Source: Eledone cirrhosa (lineage: Eukaryota). Taken from it: a DNA stretch of 64,000 nt. This document shows, one piece after another, positions 54,901-64,000 of the stretch. Under the pieces are notes generated by a model that was not told the origin of the DNA, ran no database searches, and worked only from the letters and a program-made list of their open reading frames with translations. The first letter of the stretch is position 1, and the number at the start of each line of letters is the position of its first letter. The DNA lies in contig OZ024745.1 of assembly GCA_964016885.1 (NCBI GenBank), positions 116,126,001 to 116,190,000 on the forward strand, read 5' to 3'. A program made the position numbers and the translations under genes.

Positions 54901-56293
54901 TAATAAAGTTCTGAAATACCAATGAATCAACACTAATGGAGATATCGATCGCATTAGACATAAACATCTGCAAGATGATATAAATGGATATAAAAAGAGT
55001 ACTTTTATTAATTTGGGCACTCTGTAGTTGTAGGCGACAGGAGGTATTTTTTTATTCCTTATCACAACTTAAACAATACACACACTGTTCAAAACGCTTT
55101 ACCATATAACCATTATCCCTAAAACACCACGATAAATACTACTACATAAATGATATCTGAGGCTAAAAACCAAAAACCACAAAGCTATCGCTCCACACAG
55201 TTGCAACGTATACATATTACAAATCACACAACTCAAATATTCACGACCTAATGTTGCTGAATTGTTAGACACCCGATTTGTTATTTTGGGTTCCCACAGA
55301 CTTTGTTAGAAGAAATTTGTCATCGTCGATTTTATCATGCTAAATTATGTGTGGTCAAATCCCTGAGGGTAGGGACCTAGAATTCAGCAACGTATACTGT
55401 CACTTACTGCTCATGATGGTAAATTATGGCGTAGGGAAAAGTCGAACGTGCATTGTTTCATAATAAATGCAGACAATGGATGCTGTGCGCTCTCTGGCTG
55501 TATTAAGAGTGGCCTAAAACTCGAGCATTGTTATAAATTTATGGCACCCATTTAAGTGTGTTGTATTGAGGCAAATAACTTTGCCTATTGAGTACGCTAA
55601 AATGCAACCGTTACTTTCAGGGAAACTCATGCTAGTCCCGTCAACTTCGTGACAAACGAAATTTTAGCCTGGTAGTGGGTTATAAAACCCTATAAATCCC
55701 ACTATCAGGCATATATAATATATATATATATATTATTTAAAAAAATAGAGGTGTGACACACGAGTTGTGATATATTAGTAAAAAGGAAAAGAAAATGCTG
55801 ACAAATTTTTCTCAGTGAAAATTAGTTTAATTAGGAATAAGTATAAATTAGTAATAAGTATTAGTTAGTGTTCAGTTTTAGTTTTAAGTTTTTACCGGTT
55901 GCACATTTCTTATGCTTTTCAAAAATAATTTGGAGATAGAGTGCTCGTGATTTTTGCTCTAATCTGATCAGTTTTGGAAATTCTTCCTGTTTTATGTGAA
56001 AAAAGGGGCTTAGGAGGTATTAAGATTTGGTTGGTTGTTGAATGTCACGTGAATAAGCACTATAAACTCGCGCCAATTCGTGTTGCAAAAATTCTTGTAG
56101 TCAAAACAATTTTGATTGGTCGGTAGAAGTCACATGAATGTTTAAATTGATTTTAGCGCGAACTGGTTTCGCGCCAAATGTAGGTTTGTCGAAGAATGTC
56201 CTTTTCCGCTTTATTGAGTTGCAGTCATTTATGTCTATTTATAAAACAAACTTTGTATTTTATCTGAGGAAAGCGTATCAATTTATTTAATAT

Positions 56294-56336
<43 letters not shown>

Positions 56337-56584
56337 TGTCTGAATGTATGCATGTATGTAAGTATATATATGGTTATATGCATTCACAAATACATACATA
56401 CATAATTACATACACACACGTACACCTTAAAATTTAAAAGATAAACCAACAAAGTTTGTTGTGGAAGTCGGTTGCACTTTTGACCTCAAACTTAAAAACA
56501 AAGACAGAAGAAGGGAGACAACTATAGTCCGTTGATAAGGAATCTGCAAATCCAGCACCATATTAAAACTTGATGTTGAAGACC

Positions 56585-56755
56585 AGTAGATTAGCACAAT
56601 CAGACACCATGCTTCGCAGCATAGTGTTATGGCCCTTTAAGTTCTGAGTTCAAATCCCGCCGAGGTTAACTTTGACATTCATCTTTAAAAGGTCGATAAA
56701 ATAAAGCACCAGTAATGCACTGGGGATAATTGGCCTTGTGCCAAAAGTAGAAACA
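56585..56755 (+). mobile_element. SINE family A, diverged
   Basis: B box, central domain and tail CCTTGTGCCAAAAGTAGAAACAATTAT. Confidence 0.8.
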
Positions 56756-56757
56756 AT

Positions 56758-57158
56758 TATTAAATAATATGATATTGATAAACTCAACTGCTTCAGAGAC
56801 TGCCCAAATAGGGATTGCTAGGAGGAGAATATATGCCACGATATGTGCGATTTGCAGGACAGCAAGATATAAAGAATATCCGCAATTAATGAGAGAAATA
56901 ACAATATTCCTCTCTTTATAACCATTCCGTTTCCTTTCTAAACATACAACAGCAAAAGCGACATATTGAAACAAACTCTAAATTTCCAATCGGGAAAATA
57001 AAAATACAAACATAAATGCATTCATACAGTCACCCCCCCCCCCCACACACACACACATAGTCACACACACACATATATATATATATGTATATATAAATAC
57101 ATCCCTATTTGGGCAGTCTCTGAAGCAGTTGAGTTTATCAATATCATATTATTTAATA
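56758..57158. repeat. 58-bp perfect inverted repeat pair (56758-56815, 57101-57158)
   Basis: TATTAAATAATATGATATTGATAAACTCAACTGCTTCAGAGACTGCCCAAATAGGGAT and its reverse complement. Confidence 0.88.
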
Positions 57159-57849
57159 CATACATACATACACATACATACATATACATACATAATACAT
57201 ATTATATAACTACTAATACAATTAAGTTATTTTTGTTAACTCTATATACATTTTTGTCCTAATGCAATATTTTATTATCGTCAGTATTTAAAATTAGTTT
57301 TGTGGATTACGAGAAATGGAATCGTGCAAGGATGGATTCAGAGTAAGTTAATCATTTAGAAGCTAATAACGCAAAAGAACGTTTTCAATAATATGAAAAT
57401 GACATGGATTATAAGATATAAATATGTATGTGCCTCTATATTTCATTGTGTTGCCTCTGTAAAGGTGACATCTCTGGCGTTTGTCGTGAGTTTTCGGTTT
57501 CGGCGGCGTCAGCATATCTAGTGAGAATGGTTGCCTGTAAATAGAGGTAACTAATTTCATTTTTACACGATTGTATACCAAGGATAATAGAAGTCTTATG
57601 TCTCTCAAAGTCTTGCTTTTGTCCTAAGAATATCCATGCCTATCAATTCTTCGACTGATAGATGAATAGGTTAATCTTTTATCTGAGCAATTTCAGCCAT
57701 TGTCCAGTTATTAGCCATTTTTCTGTCAACCTAGAAAATAAAACGTCGGCTACGACAAACGCTACTTTCCTAGCACATCTAAGTTGTGTTCGTTGGTCGC
57801 CAGCGTTCCATTTCAGAATAAACTATAATATAACTGAACATTACAACTC

Positions 57850-58365
57850 CTGTGATGCGGTACTAGATGAGCTAAGGAAGCCTTCTCCTGAGTATGCACG
57901 TGGGTACAAGGGGGCGGACATTTGCAAGCCACGTCTTGGTCACAATGGAGAAAATGGAGAAAATATGGCGAAGAAGTCGAGAGAGACGTGTTGAAATAGC
58001 CATTACAACTAGCGAGGCTTGCTCTTGTGTGTGCCAGCGCCGATTCTATCGTCTCCGAATGTCCCCACTGTTACAGTTTTGACAATAAACCTATCGTAGG
58101 AGCGATACTTTGACAGTTTGTGATCTTCCGTTTGATGAGCAGCAGGATAGCCGCTGAATGGAACAAGTTGTCCCCCAAGGTGTCATTGCATCTAGAATCA
58201 CAGATGAGTAGCTTATCACCGCGGAACGGGATGATTTCTATGTCATCTGACCTTTGCCGTCCTCCTTTTCCTGCGCCGTCCAAGCCAAGTTTTAATTCCT
58301 CGCTGGGAACCGTATTGAGTGGGAAGCGACCGGCATCCTTTAAATATCCTCTTTCCTCAATCAAT
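57850..58365 (-). mobile_element. Decayed restriction-like endonuclease of a CRE-type non-LTR element
   Basis: LGLDGAGKGGRQRSDDIEIIPFRGDKLLICDSRCNDTL resembles the EP.GL...G.RPDG...P...G..L.WD....DTL pattern of CRE RLE domains. Confidence 0.55.
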
Positions 58366-59151
58366 CAAGTTACTGTAATATTTCATTTTAATATCACAAG
58401 GAGCTCAATTAGAAATAATTTTAAGTGTAATTGAATTTACGAAGAAAATGGTTTCATCTAATATGTTAGCATGCCATGTAATATGAAGAACAGAAATATA
58501 TCTATTTCTGATGAAAGGGAACATTCTGGTTTACTCACACTTTCTTCTCATTTAATTAACCTCTACGTCTTTCGAATAATTTTCATGGTTTAGAAACATT
58601 TCAAAAGAATGATCAGGAGTTTTCTCACTATTTTCAATCTGTGGCCACCGATGCGCATGCCAATTTTAAAATGGCATTTAAAATGAACTATTAAGGAAAT
58701 ATACACGGTGAATTATAATAGAATTATTGATTTTTAAATACTCACAAACTCCCATGCGTTACAGTAGAATATCGTATTTCCCAGCAACATAAGTGAAGTA
58801 ATGATTTGCCGTTGTGCAACCATCCCATTTTCTTTTCTTCGGCTATTTTAGAACATTGTTCGGCTTCAAACACTAGCCAACCCTGCAATGATACTTTTAT
58901 GTTGTCTCCATCAAAACACAATAGCCCGAGGAAATGTTAATATAGCTGGAAGTTTTCTAAAAATTCTGAAGTATCAAATCATAAATATATTACATTTAAA
59001 CAAAACATTAATTAATATATATTTGAAGTATTCCTTCCTCATCACACGTTCTTTGCCCCGCCCTTCCCCATTTGTGTGAATTTAGCCACTGAGACTCCGT
59101 TACCAATACAATGATAAATCTGTGATTTACTTCTCTATCACTCACTAATTG

Positions 59152-59154
<3 letters not shown>

Positions 59155-59212
<58 letters not shown>

Positions 59213-59292
59213 CTCTCTTTCTCTCTTTCCCTCTCTCTCTCCCTCTCCCCTTCTCTCCCCTATCTCCCCTCATTCTCTCCCCTATCTCTCTC
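59155..59292. repeat. (CT)n polypyrimidine microsatellite
   Basis: Direct inspection. Confidence 0.95.
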
Positions 59293-59599
59293 AACCAGGG
59301 CAATTCGAAAAGTGAGACAACGTCGCACACGTGAATAGAGGAAATGTGAGTCATTGTTACATCAATGTGACTGTAATGGTTTTAGCATTTTGATTCCTGT
59401 TTATTAATGACCTTCCTTTCTAACCCTAATCAAAGGAACCCCCTTTTATCAGTTGGTTAGGTGGTCGTGCTAGAGGCGCTTCAGTTTTGGTTTCGATATC
59501 CATTTTGATCAGTTCTGGCTTTCGCAATCAGTTTCCCTTCCGCTACGCTCTATGTCATGTATTTTAAACATTCAATCGAATATTTGAAGGCCCCACACG

Positions 59600-59915
59600 C
59601 TCACAAATGACCATGGTTTTTCACCTAGAAAGTTTCTCTCCAAGGCACAAGCATGGGTAAGGTTTGTGGAAAACCAGTAGTCGCCCATGCATACAAGTTC
59701 CCCCTCTCCATACCACCGATGTTGTCCAAGGAAAAGGCAATGACCAATACAACTTGGCACTAGTGACATCGCAACTCATTTTCACAGCTGTGTAAACTGG
59801 TGCAATGTGAAATAAACATGATCAAGCACATAGCGCATCACCGGGTCCGATAATCGCACTCACAAACTCTCAATTGCAAGCCCAATGTTCTAACAACTAA
59901 ACCATGCGCCTTCAC
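59600..59915 (-). mobile_element. Second, older tRNA-derived SINE family (B)
   Basis: Minus strand begins GTGAAGGCGCATGGTTTAGTTGTTAG (tRNA-like head), then a decayed B box and TTTATTTCACATTGC body shared with ~63640-63690. Confidence 0.6.
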
Positions 59916-60230
59916 AATTTAATATAGTTTGAGATAAATCACTGGTTATCAGTTTCTTTTATCTCCATGTATAGTGTTTAAATTTAGCGTTTGAGATTCT
60001 GTGTGTGTTTCTATGAGAGGGGGGGGGGGTGTCTGGCAAATCTGTTGCCAAGGCGTATATATGTATAACACGCTATTTCAAACTTGTCAAAACCAAAAAC
60101 CGTTGTTTAGCTCATTGGCGCAAATCAGCTGACGATAAGTTGGGAAAATGTTGGCCTTAATTCTTGAAAACATTGTTATCATTTAGTTTCGTTTATTATA
60201 GTTATTTAAAATCATTATGTTATTGTTGTC

Positions 60231-60937
60231 AGGGCGGTGGATTGGCAGTATCGGTAGAGGATCGGACGCCATGCTTTGCAGCACAGTTACGTCCCTTTAC
60301 GGACTGAGTTCAAATCCACCAAGGTTAACCTTGCTTCTCATCCTTACGGGGTCGATAAAATAAAGTACGAGTAATGTACTGAGTAATTGCTGGCCTTGTG
60401 CCTAAAGTAGAAACAATTATTTTATTGTTGTTAGAGAGTTGGATTGCCAGTATCGGTAGGGCGTTGGACGCCATGCTTTGTAGCATTGAGTTACGTCCTT
60501 TTACGTTCTGAGTTCAAATCCAACCGAGGTTAGCTTTGCCTTTCATCCTTACGGGGTCGATAAAATAAAGTACCAGTAATGAACTGGAGTCGGTTTAATA
60601 GACTCCCCCCCCCCAAAGTTGCTGGCCTTGTGCTTATAGTAGAACCAATTATCATTATTACGTTGGTTTCATCCTTACGGGGTCGATAAAATAAAGTACC
60701 AGTAATGCACTGGGTAATTGCTGGCCTTGTGCCTAAAGTAGAAACAATTATTACGTTGTATGGCAGTTTCGGTAGAGGTTCCAACGCCATGCTTTGCAGC
60801 AAAGAGTTACGACCCTTGCCATTCTGAGTTCAAATCCTGCCGAGGTTAACTTTGCCTTTCATCCTTACGGGGTCGATAAAATAAAGTACCAGTAATACAC
60901 TGTGATAATTGCTGGCCTTGTGCCAAAAGTAGAGACA
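60231..60937 (+). mobile_element. Stack of four SINE family A units of different subtypes and lengths
   Basis: TSD-like ATTAT(G/T)TTATTGTTGT(C/T)AG at 60214 and 60416; ATTATTACGTT at 60654, 60747 and 60938. Confidence 0.88.
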
Positions 60938-61699
60938 ATTATTACGTTTTGCGTGTGGATACCGATGGGCTTTCATTTATTCTTATTATGTGCACATAAA
61001 ATATGCTTTACACATTTAGATTAAAACAAACATATATATTGTATGAAATCCCAGGTTAACTTCTTCCTTCGTTCAAATATATTAATACATTTTCTAAACG
61101 AGGGGCGTAATTAACTTTATATTTCTAAATATATATATGTTTGTGTCGAGTTATTTGCTATCGTATTACTATAACTACCACCTCCAATTCCTTATCACTT
61201 TTCAACCCTTCTCTTTTCATAGTACATCTAAACTTTCTTTTGTTTGTAGTCACCACCGTCACCACACTGCTTAATCAAACTGGTTTACTGTTTGTCTCTG
61301 CCTTTCTATAATTTTCTCTCATGTAGCACAATGCATCAGATAGCGGACAGCTATAAAGGTTAGGGAAAAAATATTCTTACAAAAAAAGTTTTCATGTAAA
61401 ATCCAATATTGATCTATTAATCCGAATATGTTTTTATTAAGAACATTTATGGTACATTTATGTTTAAATTCCTATCCGAACAAAATGAGATATTCTGCAA
61501 GACTTCGTATATATGTCTTTATTTGATTTTATAGATGTATCATGTCTTTTTTCACGAGTGGAAAAATTGAATGATTGTATTACAATGATTTAGGTATGTA
61601 TTTTATAGCGCTTCACAACATGGTGAATTATAGCTAACTTTGCTAATTAATGACTGTTCAGATTCCGCTGTTTTTACTGATATGGCAATAAATTCCATG

Positions 61700-62460
61700 T
61701 ACACTGCCTAATGTACCTGTGATTATCGATTCACTGAGGAAGCGTTAAATGCTCTCTCTCTCGGTTAGAAACAGCAAGCAATCTAATGCAATTCACATGT
61801 CATCTTAGTTGTGAATAGTGCGATCTTAGATGGTGAATAACGAAACTAAAAGAAGTAGTTGGAACACGGCTGGAATGCTTGTGAACCTTATCGACCAAGA
61901 TTAAAAAATGATAAATCAACCACAAAACCAACATAAATATTTTTATCAACGATAGTACTACACCAAATAGTTTAAAAGTTTTAAAGAATAGTACAGTCAA
62001 ATTTACTAAGCTTTTGCCGTTGGAATTTCTTGTGCTGTTTTTAATGCTCACGAAACGCGACTCCCCTGGCAATTACAGTGGAATTTGGTCTTGTAGAAGG
62101 ATGTATGCTCATTGTATACACAGGCCCTCCCCGAGACCGTTGTGATTTATGTGGTTAACTTATCGCTTGGACAGTTGCACATCGTGTGTTATATAAAAGC
62201 CATGTGCAGGTATTCCCAGAGGTAATACCTTCTGCGGAGAACACGATAGAGCCAAGTCGTTATTGTAGAGCTTAATGGTTATTGAAGTGGAGACCAGTGT
62301 TCATGAATACTTCAATAGTAAAAGCCTATAAACAGACAACCTCGAACAGCAAAACCATTGTAAGAGTCATAGAACACGCGGTGAAAGGAACCAGCATCTT
62401 ATAACGTCCAGACTCCGGAGAGTGGGCGACTTCATGCTAGTGAAATGTTGGGTTTTTCTT
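61700..62460 (-). mobile_element. Possible ancient Tx1/L1 endonuclease relic
   Basis: Weak in-order echoes of the intact copies (GKSLVNL, LVDKV, AVSNR); heavily decayed. Confidence 0.3.
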
Positions 62461-62563
62461 TGTAAGTGGTGTAGAAGGTTTGTGAGATGGTATTTCAATT
62501 ATCCGGTCAATAACTGTTAACATAGATTGCAACAATATAATAGATAAATATTATTATATATAT

Positions 62564-62951
62564 GGGCGGTGGATTGGCAGTATCGGTAGAGGGTCTGACA
62601 CCATGCTTTGAAGCAAAGAGTTACGGCCCTTTATGGTCTGAGTTCAAATCCCGCTGAGGTTAACTTTGCCTTTCATCCTTACGGGGTCGATAAAATAAAT
62701 TACCAGTAATGTACTGCGTAATTGCTGGCCTTATGCCAAATGTAGAAACAATTATTATATATATGGGCGGTGGATTGGCAGCATCGGTAGAGAGTCGGAC
62801 GCCATGATTTCCAGCATAGAGTTATGCCCCTTTACGATCTGAGTTCACATCCTGCCGAGGTTAACTTTGCCTTTCATCCTTACGGGGTCGATAAAATAAA
62901 GTGCCAGTAATGTACTGGGTAATTGCTGGCCATGTACCAAAAGTAGAAACA
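62564..62951 (+). mobile_element. Head-to-tail dimer of two distinct SINE A copies with a triplicated 17-bp target
   Basis: ATTATTATATATATGGG at 62550-62566, 62751-62767 and 62952-62968. Confidence 0.92.
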
Positions 62952-63574
62952 ATTATTATATATATGGGGATCATATAATATTTAATTATATCAGCATCTC
63001 AAATTATGGGCCAGTGTAATCAAAGAAACCTAATATTTTGAAGTATGAGTATTTCTTTTGATACTTGCTTCGCGCGAATCCCTTCTGAATTCTAGGATAC
63101 ATTTAACTTAGTTGGCCTTCATTAAAAAACTATATACAATGACGTCTATGAAATGAAATATGTAAAAAGAAGACGCAAGAAATTTTATAAACAAGTAATT
63201 ACCCGGAGAAATGAGTTTATAGAATGAGAAATAATTACGAACGAAACATTGTCATTTTAAACTATTGAACACGTCATATTAACTATAAAGTATCAGATGT
63301 AATGCTGAAGATTCATTTAAATTGAATATTTCTCGTTTTAATGCCTGATATCAAACATGTCAGGAATTACAATATAACAGGAATTACAATATAATTGGAA
63401 AATAGAAAGAAGAGAGGTTCAATTATTTATATAGATATTTATTTCTAAATTAAGGTAGAGTATAAATTATTCATTAATGTATGAACATTTACACACATTC
63501 TGAAGCACACATACACATAAAATATATATAAAGACCTACCAACGTAGAAAAAAATACAAGCCTATATATATTTT

Positions 63575-63840
63575 TTAAAGTGGTTACGATGCTGGAAACA
63601 AGTTCGTAAGAGAGTGAGTTGGATTTCCAGATCGGACTATGCGTTGTATCCTTGAGCAAGAAACTTTATTTCACGTTGCAACAGTACATTCATTTGGAAA
63701 AAATAGTTGTTTCATTAATTCAAGGAACCAACCTTGTAACATATTCTGAGAAATACGTTAAAAGATGCCCGTATATGTGGAATGCTCAGTCACTCGCACG
63801 TTAATTTCATGTGTAGTCAATTTCGTTGACTGAATCAACG
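63575..63840 (+). mobile_element. Decayed CORE-like SINE (family B related)
   Basis: GCGTTGTATCCTTGAGCAAGAAACTTTATTTCACGTTGC resembles the CORE-SINE core, with a decayed tRNA-like head upstream. Confidence 0.5.
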
Positions 63841-64000
63841 AAATTGACTCCGCATTTTCGGAATCGATGGAGGGCAAACGTATCTACATGTTGAACATAA
63901 AACTTTCTCTTGTAGTCTTCTGTGTGTTTCTCCTCACACTTCTATTTAATATTCATTCTTTTTGATAGTAAATATTTTTACATGGAAATGTATAGCTGAC

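Overview
AT-rich, repeat-saturated eukaryotic DNA with no recognisable host gene exon, rRNA, true tRNA or CRISPR. The SINE types and dense (TA)n/(CA)n/(GA)n tracts suggest a cephalopod (Octopus-like) genome, which is inference only. Contents: a near full-length but disabled Tx1/L1-clade LINE (about 11.83-17.53 kb) with further Tx1 fragments; relics of R4/Dong, RTE, CRE and Penelope retroelements; a non-autonomous Helitron; about 20 copies or fragments of one tRNA-derived SINE; and several long palindromes. Three signals stand out. (1) Three short repeat families next to (TA)n, two of them arranged as fold-back palindromes, carry minimal type I hammerhead ribozyme motifs. (2) The SINE shares a 3' terminal signature with the Tx1 LINE (CCTTGTG-N8-AGAAA-NN-ATTAT), its TSDs start with ATTAT, and it stacks repeatedly at the same site. 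(3) The Tx1 ORF1/ORF2 junction keeps a covarying hairpin plus AGGTAAGT and a pyrimidine tract in two diverged copies. All alignments were done by eye.
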